DNA of 64,000 nt, taken from the NCBI GenBank assembly GCA_023259675.1, contig JALRGT010000005.1, positions 30,363-94,362 on the forward strand, read 5' to 3'. The notes beneath the pieces were generated by a model. That model did no database searches. It saw only the letters and a program-made list of their open reading frames with translations, and had not been told where the DNA came from. This DNA comes from Flavobacterium sp. (GTDB taxonomy: Bacteria; Bacteroidota; Bacteroidia; Flavobacteriales; Flavobacteriaceae). Both the position numbers and the translations under genes were made by a program. Below are positions 20,072 through 30,009 of the stretch, piece by piece (positions within the stretch are counted from its first letter, which is position 1; every line of letters starts with the position of its first letter).

Positions 20072-20389
20072 GAATGTTAACATAAAATTCACATACTACA
20101 AATGATGCAAAAACTATCACTTTTGTAGCATGATAGTTGAAAAAAACGAGCAAACACAGTGTTTTAGACATTTTTAAAAATTTAAATTCAAAATAAGATA
20201 TTATTAATAATATTCTTTTATTTTTTTAGTATGTGAAAAAATAAAAGAATATTTATGCATATTTAATAATTTTAAAAAATTAAAAATAAGACTAAAAAGC
20301 AAAATTTAATGCTAATTTATTTGTTATTTATTATGCTAAAATGACAGTAAAGTTTGTTAATCACCAGCGTAATTTATTTATAAAAGCCC

Positions 20390-20415
20390 AAAAAAAGACG
20401 GTGTAAACCGTCTTT
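20390..20415 (-). terminator. Intrinsic terminator after the HTCS gene
   Basis: AAAGACGGT-TTAC-ACCGTCTTT followed by a T run on the minus strand. Confidence 0.85.
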
Positions 20416-20442
20416 AATACTATTTAAGATTTCATTTGCTTA

Positions 20443-23400
20443 TTAAGTTATTGTTTGTTTATTATGTGTAGGTAAATACCCGTATTTTTCTTTATAGCAT
20501 TTTGTAAAATAAGAAGGAGAACTAAAACCAACTTTATAGCTAATCTCGGTTATATTATCGTTACCCAACTCTATTAATTCTTTGGCTTTTTCTAAACGAA
20601 CATTGCGAATAAATTCATTTACTGATACGCCAGTTAGGGATTTAATTTTTCGATACAATTGGCTTCTACTCAGAAACACCTTAGAAGCCAAAACTTCAAC
20701 ACTTAACTCCGATTCACTAATGTTTTCATTAATGTAATTTAGGGCATTTTTAATAAATTCATTATCTAAAGTGGTTGTTTTTTCTTTTGCTTTTGGAGTA
20801 ATTCCATTGTAGTACTTATTAAACATGATTTGTCTGCTGTTAATCAACTGTACTAAACTAGATCTTAAAATATCCATGTCAAAAGGTTTACTTAAATAGA
20901 TATCCGCACCAGAATCAATCCCTTCTAATCGATCTTTAATTAATGCTTTTGCAGATAGCATCATTAACGGAATATGACTGGTTTTTAAATTGGCTTTAAT
21001 GTTTTTACACAACTCTAAACCATTCATAACAGGCATAATTACATCTGTTAAAATCAAATCAGGTAGTTTCTGCAAAGCTAACTCTAAACCAACTTGACCA
21101 TTCTCTGCTACTATAACTTTATATTCTTTTTTGAGTTCATTTTTTAAATAATTTCGCAGTTCTACGTTGTCTTCAACAATCAAAATTGTATAAACTCGAT
21201 TTTGTTTTTCCTGTTCATCTTGTGACTGAATATCCTCTTGTTCAATAATAGGTGTGAAACTTATTTTTTTCTCCTTTTTAAATTCCTCTAGCAGTATTTC
21301 GGTTTCATTAAAAAACTCCTTTCCAATAGGAAATAATAGTTTAAAAGTTGTACCAACGCCTAATTCACTTTCTACTTCAATTATTCCTTTATGTAAATCC
21401 ACAAATCCACGAACAACTTCCAGTCCGATCCCTGTACTTCCATAATAAGCTTTATTTAAATTATTTACTTGATAAAAACGGTCAAAAATTTTCTTAATAT
21501 CTTTTTTTTCTAATCCAGCACCTGTGTCTTCAACAATAACCTCAAAATACGGATTAGTACTATCTGAACTTATCAAAGGAAAAGGAAGTACTTCTTCGTT
21601 AACCACTATTTTTATAATTATTTTTCCATTATCTGGAGTAACCTTAAAAGCATTTGAAATGACATTAAAAATAATTTTCTCAAACATTTTAGGGTCAATC
21701 CAGTCTTTTAAGAATGCTTTATTAGACTCAAACTCCAACAAAATTCCACGACTGAATGCTTCTTCATCAAAATAACTGACAATTTCTTTTGTAAAACTAA
21801 CGACCTCAATTTTTTGTAATTTCAGTGTCATTTTATTAAACTGTAGTTTATTAAAATCCATTAACTCATTGATTAATCTTGAAAGCCTATCGGAACTTTT
21901 TTGAATAGTTAGCAATTTATTCAATACACCCTCTGGCAATTCCAAACTATTATTCTTGATTATATCTGCTAAAGGATTTAAAATTAAAGTAAGCGGAGTT
22001 CTAAACTCATGGGAGATATTTGTGAAGAATTGTAATTTTTTATTGTTTAATTTTTCAATTTGAATAGCTTTATTCTTTTCAAATTCTATCATTTGTTTTT
22101 GTTTAAAACGATTTTGATAGTATTGATTGGCAAAATGAATCGCTGCGAATAGTAATAGGGAATAGAATAGATAGGCAAAAGAAGTCTTCCACCAAGGTGG
22201 CAAAATTTCAATTCTTAGTTCTAAGGGAGTTTGACTCCAAACTCCATTTTTTTCGGCTGCTTTAACCTTGAAAATATAGTTGCCTGGTGCTAAGTTTGTA
22301 TAAGTTGCCGAGTGTTTATTGCCAACATAATTCCACGAAGCCTCGAAGCCTTGTAAGTAATAAGCGAATTCATTTCTAGCGGGATAAGAATAATTAACAG
22401 CAATAAAATCAATTGTAAAGACGGACTGATCATGTTTAAGGATTATTTTTTTTGTTTCGGATATTACTTTTATTAATGGCGAGTTTTTTTCAAGTGGTTC
22501 AACTGATTTTTTAAAAAGTTTAAGATCGGTAAAATAAATTGAAAGCTGTTTTTTACTTTTAACTAAATCCGCAGGATTAAAGTAGTTTAAACCTTCATAA
22601 CCTCCAAAATAAAGCAATCCATTTTCATCTTTTAGAACTGAATTGTTATTAAAATCATTTCCTAACAAACCATCATATGTAGAATAATTAACGGAAGTTT
22701 TGTTTTTTAAATCCAGTCTGGTGATTCCTTTCTTTCCGCTAATCCAAATTCCTCCATCGTTGGATTCTAAAATGGACGAAATTGATTTTTCATGGAGCCC
22801 TTTGAAGTTTATATACCATTTTAGGACCTTTGTTTTTTTATTGTAGCTAAACAATCCAGCACCATCAGTACCAATCCAAATTTCTTTGTTTTTTGTCTCA
22901 TATAAACTATTAATCGTATGCGTACTTTTATGATTTTTAAGCTTTTCAGACATTTTGTCTCGAAAAGAGGTCACTGAAAAAGAAACAAAATCTTTCGTGT
23001 TAACCTTGTATAAACCGGTTGTTGATCCGACCCAAACAGCATCATCTGAATCTACTATCACTTTTCGGATGTCTGAATTCATTAGTCCATTTTCATAAAA
23101 TGGCTTAGAATTACAATGGTGAAATTGACCATCTGAGGGTGTATAATAATGTAAGCCTTTTGAAAAAGTTGCTATCCAAATTACACCTCTAGAATCTTCA
23201 GCAATACCCATAATATTGTTTGAGGCCAAATTAGGAGTGTTTTTTGTATTGTAATTAATAAAGTTTTTACTTCCTTTCTTTAAAACAAAAATCCCCTCAT
23301 TCCAGCTGGATAGCCAAATATTCTCTTTTTTATCAATAAATACTTTTGTGATGTTATCGTTGGTTAATCCAGAATATAAGCTAGTGTCTGATTTGGTAAT

Positions 23401-24585
23401 ATGTTTAAAGCTTTTAGTTGTAGGATTGTAAATATCGACACCTCCGCCTTCCATAGAAATCCATAGCTGTCCTTTATTGTCTTTGGCAATACCGGTAACA
23501 CAATTGGTTTGTAATGATTGTGGATTTCCAAACAAACTTTCGATACCATTTATCGGACTGTTTATCTTATCAAAAAACCCCAAACCCTTGTTATAATAGC
23601 CCAACCAAACTTTATTCTCTTTATCTAAAAATAAAGACCAAATAGAATTTGAACTTAAACTGCGATTATTGTATTTACTGTTAACATATTTTTTTTGAAT
23701 AACTCCTTGGTCGTTAACAATGATTAAGCCATCATTTTCTGTAGCACAAAGAATGGTTTTAGCATCCATTGCCAGTATTGACATAATTCTTTTTTTGGTA
23801 ATAGGGTAGGAATCAGCCTTTTTTACTTTAGAATATAAATCTGCCTTAATCAGTCCTTTATATCCATTGCCAATCCACAAGTTTTGCTTACTGTCAAAAA
23901 ACATAGACACAATATTTCCAGATAGTATTTTATTGTCTGTTCCAATGTCTACTTTTTTAATCTCATTGTTTATCGGGTCAACTACTTTTAACCCCAAGTT
24001 GGTACCTAAATAAATAATCCCTTTTTTGTCTTTTGCTAAGCAATTGATAAGATAATTTGTGGAGTTTGGGATATCCAGCTTAATCGTAGTAATTTTTCGA
24101 GATTTAATATTTAATTTTAGTAAACCACTATTAAACGTTCCTAAAAATAGATTACCTCTATTATCTTCAATTATACTTTTAACAGAAATTACGTTTTCTT
24201 TTTTTAATTTTTTTTGAATATCAATATTTTCAAAAGTATTTAAATTTCGATTATAAAGGCACAATCCCTCATCAGTGCCTATCCACAACCGGTTGCGTAA
24301 ATCTACGTAAGTAGTATAAATTATATTGCTATTTATAGAATTACTAAGGTTAGAGTCTTGCTCATAAGCTATAAAATTGGTCCCATCATATTTATATAAA
24401 CCGGCTCCATTCGTTCCAATCCACATAATCCCAAATTGATCCTGTGAAATGGTATAAATGCCACTTTTTGAAGTCTCATTATCTAATAATCTAAATTGAT
24501 GGTTTTCAAATGTATTTTGAGAAAACAAACTATTTGTTATAAAAAATAAGAGGACAACTACTCTAAAACAATTTTTTGAGGACAT
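20443..24585 (-). CDS. Hybrid two-component sensor kinase / response regulator (propeller, Y_Y_Y, HisKA, HATPase, REC, AraC HTH)
   Basis: FFTNISHEFRTPLTLI, GSTGIGL, PDLILTDVIMP, VGFSSPSYFTKCYK. Confidence 0.97.
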   Translation of the reverse strand: MSSKNCFRVVVLLFFITNSLFSQNTFENHQFRLLDNETSKSGIYTISQDQFGIMWIGTNGAGLYKYDGTNFIAYEQDSNLSNSINSNIIYTTYVDLRNRLWIGTDEGLCLYNRNLNTFENIDIQKKLKKENVISVKSIIEDNRGNLFLGTFNSGLLKLNIKSRKITTIKLDIPNSTNYLINCLAKDKKGIIYLGTNLGLKVVDPINNEIKKVDIGTDNKILSGNIVSMFFDSKQNLWIGNGYKGLIKADLYSKVKKADSYPITKKRIMSILAMDAKTILCATENDGLIIVNDQGVIQKKYVNSKYNNRSLSSNSIWSLFLDKENKVWLGYYNKGLGFFDKINSPINGIESLFGNPQSLQTNCVTGIAKDNKGQLWISMEGGGVDIYNPTTKSFKHITKSDTSLYSGLTNDNITKVFIDKKENIWLSSWNEGIFVLKKGSKNFINYNTKNTPNLASNNIMGIAEDSRGVIWIATFSKGLHYYTPSDGQFHHCNSKPFYENGLMNSDIRKVIVDSDDAVWVGSTTGLYKVNTKDFVSFSVTSFRDKMSEKLKNHKSTHTINSLYETKNKEIWIGTDGAGLFSYNKKTKVLKWYINFKGLHEKSISSILESNDGGIWISGKKGITRLDLKNKTSVNYSTYDGLLGNDFNNNSVLKDENGLLYFGGYEGLNYFNPADLVKSKKQLSIYFTDLKLFKKSVEPLEKNSPLIKVISETKKIILKHDQSVFTIDFIAVNYSYPARNEFAYYLQGFEASWNYVGNKHSATYTNLAPGNYIFKVKAAEKNGVWSQTPLELRIEILPPWWKTSFAYLFYSLLLFAAIHFANQYYQNRFKQKQMIEFEKNKAIQIEKLNNKKLQFFTNISHEFRTPLTLILNPLADIIKNNSLELPEGVLNKLLTIQKSSDRLSRLINELMDFNKLQFNKMTLKLQKIEVVSFTKEIVSYFDEEAFSRGILLEFESNKAFLKDWIDPKMFEKIIFNVISNAFKVTPDNGKIIIKIVVNEEVLPFPLISSDSTNPYFEVIVEDTGAGLEKKDIKKIFDRFYQVNNLNKAYYGSTGIGLEVVRGFVDLHKGIIEVESELGVGTTFKLLFPIGKEFFNETEILLEEFKKEKKISFTPIIEQEDIQSQDEQEKQNRVYTILIVEDNVELRNYLKNELKKEYKVIVAENGQVGLELALQKLPDLILTDVIMPVMNGLELCKNIKANLKTSHIPLMMLSAKALIKDRLEGIDSGADIYLSKPFDMDILRSSLVQLINSRQIMFNKYYNGITPKAKEKTTTLDNEFIKNALNYINENISESELSVEVLASKVFLSRSQLYRKIKSLTGVSVNEFIRNVRLEKAKELIELGNDNITEISYKVGFSSPSYFTKCYKEKYGYLPTHNKQTIT

Positions 24586-25071
24586 TATAAAATGATTTAC
24601 TAAATTGAAATTAAATATATACTTTTTTAATCGAAAACTAATTATTTTGTATCAATCAATACATTTTTTGTTATTATTACGCATAAAAATCTTATTAATT
24701 TATGTTTTGTTATTTTTGAAATTATCGAGAATGGTTCAACTTACTTGTAATTCAACTCGATAAATAAGTTTTTCTATAATCTTTAACAAAGTAATGATTT
24801 TGTCTTTTTAGGCTATATCTAGATATTATCTTTAGGAAAATAATAAGCTTTGTTTACGCAAACATACATGTAGGTTTGTCCTTTTGAAAGGAGAAATAAA
24901 ATTAGATTAAGAACCATTAAAGACAAAAATGGTGATAAGAAGATTTAGTAGTTATTTCTAAAATGAAATCCATAAGCATCCTGAATATCATAATTTTAAG
25001 CTATAACTACTTTGAATAATAACTCATGATTGAAGGATAGTTAATTTAAGATATAATTATTCTATCCAAAT

Positions 25072-26562
25072 TTATAGAATTTCGGTCCATAATGTTTTAG
25101 TTTCTCTTCCTTCTTTTAAATCTTTTTCAATTTGAATTTCCATTTTTTTATCTATTATGTAAAAACACAACAGTATTGCACTTATAATGAATATAAAACC
25201 AGGATAAATACTTACAGAAAGTTTGATTCCTTCTACTGCTGCGGGTACTTGATTCACTTCTTCAGCTACATAGCCATAGGTAGATAAAAAAGCCGCACCT
25301 AAAGCACCACCAACACTTATCCCTATTTTTAGTCCGAAAAGCATTGCCGAAAAAACTGTAGCAGTCGCTCTTCGATTGTTTTTCCATTCGCTATAATCAG
25401 CCACATCAGCAATCATAGCCCACAATAAAGGAATTGTGATTCCGTAAATAAATCCATGAATTAATTGGGTCAGAAAAACCATTACAATAGCGGTTTTGCT
25501 ATAAAAATTAAAAACCAACAAACTTATAGCTGACAAAAAAATGAAAGTGATGAAAATATTCCTTTTGCCAAATGAATCTGCGAGTGATTTTGAAAACATA
25601 ATTCCAAAAATCATAAAAATAATTCCTCCAGCATTAAAAAGACTAAATGCTGAAGTGGGAGCGTCTTTTGGCCACTGAAAATCTCCAAATCCAATTTCTT
25701 TTAATAAATTATTTAGACTATCTATAAATGTAGTAAAACCAATATCATTCAAAAAACCAGTTAGCGCAACTGGATCTAAATAATATTTAAAGTAGAAAAC
25801 ATACATTCCACCTTTTAAAGACAAAGTTATAAATACCAGAATAGTAACCAATAACATAACCAGCCAAGGTCCATTATTAGACAAATCGATAAAATCTTGT
25901 TTAATTGAGGATTTCTGATTTTTTGCAGGGATAATTCTTTCTTTGGTCGTAAAAAAAGTAATTAGGAAACAAATTACCCCAATGATAGCAAATAGTATCA
26001 TCGTATTTTTAAAACCAACAGCTTTATCGCCATGTCCTAAAATTAAAACCAATGGCAATAATAGCGATTGAATTATAAATTGAGCTATCATTACAGCTAC
26101 AAAACGATAGGAGGAAAGGCTATTTCTTTCTTTCATGTCACCCGTTAGAACACCACTTAAAGCAACATAAGGCAAATTATTTGCAGAATATATGATCATT
26201 AAAATAAAGTAAGTCAACAAGGTGTAAATTATCTTGCCGTTTTCTCCGAAATTCGGAGTTAAAAAAGAAAGAACTGTGGCAATTCCAAAAGGTAAAGCGG
26301 TCCATAAAATCCATGGTCTGAACTTTCCCCATCGGGTTTGAGTACGATCAGCAATAACTCCCATAATGATATTAAAAAAAGCGCCGGTGAATCCGCCTAT
26401 AAAGATAATAGCACTTGCCGTTCCAGCAGGAATTTTATAAACATCCGTGTAAAAGAAAGCCAAAAAGGTCAGCAAAGTTTGAAAAATCAAATTCGCTGCA
26501 AAATCACCTAAACCGTAACCTATTTTTTCTACTACAGAAAGCTTTTGCGATGTATTGTTCAT
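25072..26562 (-). CDS. MFS glycoside-pentoside-hexuronide:cation symporter (XynT/XylP-like)
   Basis: EKIGYGLGD, DRTQTRWGKFRPW, WAMIADVADYSEWK. Confidence 0.92.
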   Translation of the reverse strand: MNNTSQKLSVVEKIGYGLGDFAANLIFQTLLTFLAFFYTDVYKIPAGTASAIIFIGGFTGAFFNIIMGVIADRTQTRWGKFRPWILWTALPFGIATVLSFLTPNFGENGKIIYTLLTYFILMIIYSANNLPYVALSGVLTGDMKERNSLSSYRFVAVMIAQFIIQSLLLPLVLILGHGDKAVGFKNTMILFAIIGVICFLITFFTTKERIIPAKNQKSSIKQDFIDLSNNGPWLVMLLVTILVFITLSLKGGMYVFYFKYYLDPVALTGFLNDIGFTTFIDSLNNLLKEIGFGDFQWPKDAPTSAFSLFNAGGIIFMIFGIMFSKSLADSFGKRNIFITFIFLSAISLLVFNFYSKTAIVMVFLTQLIHGFIYGITIPLLWAMIADVADYSEWKNNRRATATVFSAMLFGLKIGISVGGALGAAFLSTYGYVAEEVNQVPAAVEGIKLSVSIYPGFIFIISAILLCFYIIDKKMEIQIEKDLKEGRETKTLWTEIL

Positions 26563-26852
26563 AAATGTATTTATTACTTTTTTTTCTGCTTTTTAGCATT
26601 GTGTAGATTAAAAAATATTTTGGAGTGAATTTTTTTATCAATAAAACAAAGACTTCTTTTTCATTTCATTTTAATGGATTATAAAATTAGTTTGAAAGCA
26701 AGAATAAGATTGTCACTTTTGAAGCGTTTAATGGTACATTTGAAGCATAATTTAGTTTCAGTAAGTCTATTAAATATAAATTGCTACTTTAGCTTCCTAT
26801 TTAAAAAACTCAGAAGCCACATTGTTATTTATCACTATTTCACTTCAATTAT

Positions 26853-28967
26853 ATGCGTATTCTCAATCTTTTTATAATTATCTCTCTTGTTTTTATAAGC
26901 TGCAATAACAAACAGAATAATCAAGAAAATCACAAATACACCAATGATTTAATCAACGAAACGAGCCCGTATCTTTTACAACATGCGCACAATCCTGTAG
27001 ATTGGAAAGCTTGGAATAAAGAAACTTTGAATAAAGCAAAAGCAGAAAATAAACTTATTATTATTTCTGTAGGCTATTCTGCTTGCCATTGGTGTCATGT
27101 TATGGAAGAAGAAAGTTTTGAAAACGAGGTTGTTGCCAAATTAATGAATGACAACTTTATCAGTATAAAAGTTGATAGAGAAGAGCGTCCAGATATTGAC
27201 CAAATTTATATGAATGCAGTACAATTGATGACCGGAAAAGGGGGATGGCCCTTAAATTGTATTGCGCTTCCTGATGGTCGTCCTATTTTTGGGGGTACCT
27301 ATTTTACCAAAGAAGAATGGATAAAAGTATTGACCGAACTATCTGATTTGTATAAGAAAAACCCAAAAAAGGCCAGTGAATATGCAGATAAATTGGTAGA
27401 AGGAATTCAGAAATCGCAGTTGATAACAGTCAATAGCGATAAAGCTAATTTTAAAAATTCAGAGGTTTCGACTGCCGTAAAATTATGGCAAGAGCATTTA
27501 GATTATGATGAAGGTGGTTTAGTTGGCGATAACAAATTTCCAATGCCAAATTCCTTGAATTTTCTGCTCCGTTACAGCGTTCAAAATAATGACAAATCGA
27601 CTCAAAAATATGTACAAACAACACTTACTAAAATGGCCAATGGTGGAATTTATGACCATATTGGGGGTGGTTTTTCGAGATATTCGGTAGATGCAAAATG
27701 GCATATTCCTCATTTTGAAAAAATGCTGTACGATAATGCTCAATTAGTGAGTTTGTATTCCGATGCTTATCTGGCAACCAAAGATGAATTGTATAAAAAA
27801 ACGGTGTATGAAACACTGAATTTTGTTGAAAAGGAACTCATGGCTGCAAATGGTGCTTTTTATTCTTCTTTAGATGCCGACAGCAAAAACAAAGCAAAAA
27901 AACTGGAAGAAGGCGCTTATTATGTGTGGAAGAAGGAAGAATTACAGTCTATATTAAAATCTGATTACCCTCTTTTTCAAGCGTATTTCAACATTAATGA
28001 AAATGGTTTATGGGAAAATCAAAACTATGTTTTATTTAAAAACCAATCGGATAAAGATTTTGCACTCAAAAACAAATTGACTCTGGCCGAACTTGATTCC
28101 AAAGTAAAAAGCTGGAAGAAAATACTTTTATCGGAAAGAAATAAAAGATCGCGACCTCATTTAGATGATAAAACCCTAACTTCCTGGAATGCTTTGATGA
28201 TAAAGGGCTATGTTAGTGCTTATCGGGCTTTCAAAAATCCACATTATAAAGAAATAGCTTTAAAAAATGCCAACTTCATTGTAAATAATCAGCTTCAAAA
28301 TGACGGAAGTTTAAATCACAGTTACAAAGATGGTAAAAGCAGTATTCTTGGTTTTTCAGAAGATTACGCCACTGTTATAGATGCGTTTATTGCAGTGTAT
28401 CAAATTACACTTGACGAAAAATGGCTGAACAAAGCCAAGCAATTAACGGACTATACGATGACTCATTTTTGGGATAAAAAATCAAATATGTTCTATTTCA
28501 CATCTAATGCTTCCTCAAATTTAATTGCTAGAAAAATGGAAATAGCTGATAATGTAATTCCTGGTTCTAATTCGATTCTGGCTCATAATTTATTCCTGTT
28601 AGGACATTATTATTCGAATGATTCTTATTCTAAAACTGCCCAGCAAATGTTGAATAATGTAAAAGAAGACGCGTTACAATCACCTACAGAATATTACAAT
28701 TGGCTGAATTTAATGCTGAATTATACCAATAATTATTTTGAAGTTGCTCTATCTGGAAAAGAGGCTATTGCTAAAACGAGTCAACTGCAGAGTTACTATT
28801 TACCCAATATCCTTATTGCGGGAGCAACAAAAGAAAGCAAGCTTCCTATTCTGGAAAATCGTTTTGTTGACAATGAAACCTTTATTTATGTTTGTGTCAA
28901 CAAAGCATGTAAAATGCCTGAAACGGATGTTGCTACAGCAGTTATTAAAATAAAAAATAGTTTATAG
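26853..28967 (+). CDS. YyaL/SSP411-family thioredoxin-domain protein, with lipobox
   Basis: [39 protein letters not shown]; N-terminal VFISC. Confidence 0.93.
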   Translation: MRILNLFIIISLVFISCNNKQNNQENHKYTNDLINETSPYLLQHAHNPVDWKAWNKETLNKAKAENKLIIISVGYSACHWCHVMEEESFENEVVAKLMNDNFISIKVDREERPDIDQIYMNAVQLMTGKGGWPLNCIALPDGRPIFGGTYFTKEEWIKVLTELSDLYKKNPKKASEYADKLVEGIQKSQLITVNSDKANFKNSEVSTAVKLWQEHLDYDEGGLVGDNKFPMPNSLNFLLRYSVQNNDKSTQKYVQTTLTKMANGGIYDHIGGGFSRYSVDAKWHIPHFEKMLYDNAQLVSLYSDAYLATKDELYKKTVYETLNFVEKELMAANGAFYSSLDADSKNKAKKLEEGAYYVWKKEELQSILKSDYPLFQAYFNINENGLWENQNYVLFKNQSDKDFALKNKLTLAELDSKVKSWKKILLSERNKRSRPHLDDKTLTSWNALMIKGYVSAYRAFKNPHYKEIALKNANFIVNNQLQNDGSLNHSYKDGKSSILGFSEDYATVIDAFIAVYQITLDEKWLNKAKQLTDYTMTHFWDKKSNMFYFTSNASSNLIARKMEIADNVIPGSNSILAHNLFLLGHYYSNDSYSKTAQQMLNNVKEDALQSPTEYYNWLNLMLNYTNNYFEVALSGKEAIAKTSQLQSYYLPNILIAGATKESKLPILENRFVDNETFIYVCVNKACKMPETDVATAVIKIKNSL

Positions 28968-29432
28968 GATATGAATTTTGAATCATAATTATTGATTTCA
29001 AGAATGACTTTTTTTGTAGCAGTGCAAATGTGCCTCAACCCAATTAACAGATTTTGCCCAGAACGGTCGGAGTGGAGTGATGTGCTCCCGATTTTATTTT
29101 AAGGCTCGCTTATACAATAATTTTTTTCAGGTTTTCCTTCTGTTAAAACAGCCTTGACAGATGAGCTTCTGTATTTATGGTTTTGGTGTTTCCTTTCGAA
29201 CTCATCGGTTGTTTTAAAATATAGTAATATTTCTTAAAGAGCTATTTGTAAAATTATCCTAGTTTTTCCTTTATCTCGTTTCTTTAAAAACCCGAATTGA
29301 CTCCATTAATTTTGTAGATTTTAACTTTAATCACATCAATTTATATAGGTATAATATCTTTTTTTGGTGCTATAATTATATAGAATGTTTTTTTAATATT
29401 AATTTTTTTCACAATTCATAAAAAAAATCAAA

Positions 29433-29469
29433 CAACCGGTTGCGTATTAATTGTTTTTATTTATATTTG
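29433..29469 (+). promoter_or_regulatory. Bacteroidota promoter overlapped by a LacI-type palindrome
   Basis: CAACCGGTTG palindrome 29433-29442 contains -33 TTG; 19-nt spacer; -7 TATATTTG at 29462-29469. Confidence 0.7.
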
Positions 29470-29596
29470 TGGAGAATACACTTATTGACTAAAATCAATC
29501 GGATTCAACTATTTAAACCAATTTGCAGAACCAACTTTTTTATAATTAAAAGTAGGTTGCAATTTTTTAAAGTTATGGATTCTTGATTGTGATTAA

Positions 29597-29719
29597 ATTA
29601 CGGAGCGTATAACATCAAAGGTTAATAGAAATATAGATTCCCATCATTATCTGCATCCAATTCACAATGTGGATTTAGAAATGAATACTGCTCAAAAAGC
29701 AGAATTTCAAAATCTATGA
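29597..29719 (+). pseudogene. Probable C-terminal remnant of a susD gene
   Basis: Reads ITERITSKVNRNIDSHHYLHPIHNVDLEMNTAQKAEFQNL*, resembling the SusD ending (YLxPIPxxExxxN...QNPGY); stop immediately upstream and no start; followed by a terminator. Confidence 0.55.
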
Positions 29720-29761
29720 TGTATTGTATAATTAAAATGTTTTAGTGTTAGTTTTTTTAAT

Positions 29762-29795
29762 AAAAGCCGGAAGCTTAATCCCTTTCGGCTTTTTT
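29762..29795 (+). terminator. Intrinsic terminator
   Basis: AAAAGCCGGAAG-N8-CTTTCGGCTTTTTT. Confidence 0.85.
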
Positions 29796-30009
29796 AATAT
29801 TTTGAATCATAATTATTAATTATGTGATTATAGGAAGAAAACAGGAATAATGATTACACGGTCTATTTAGTATAGGTGTAAGTTTTCAAATGAAACAGCC
29901 TTGATTAATTAGTTAAGGTTCTGGTTTTGAAAAGAGAAGCGAAAGGTTAAGATTTAGGCGGATGTGCTGCCTTTAATTGGGTTAGAGTTAAATTTAAAAA
30001 GAAACAAAA

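Larger units (their letters stand above)
28975..29817. repeat. 19-bp perfect direct repeat ATTTTGAATCATAATTATT at 28975-28993 and 29799-29817
   Basis: Seen directly. Confidence 0.85.

Noticed and set aside
28995-29400. Possible decayed gene between yyaL and the orphan promoter
   Set aside because: Only short frames on either strand, none recognisable
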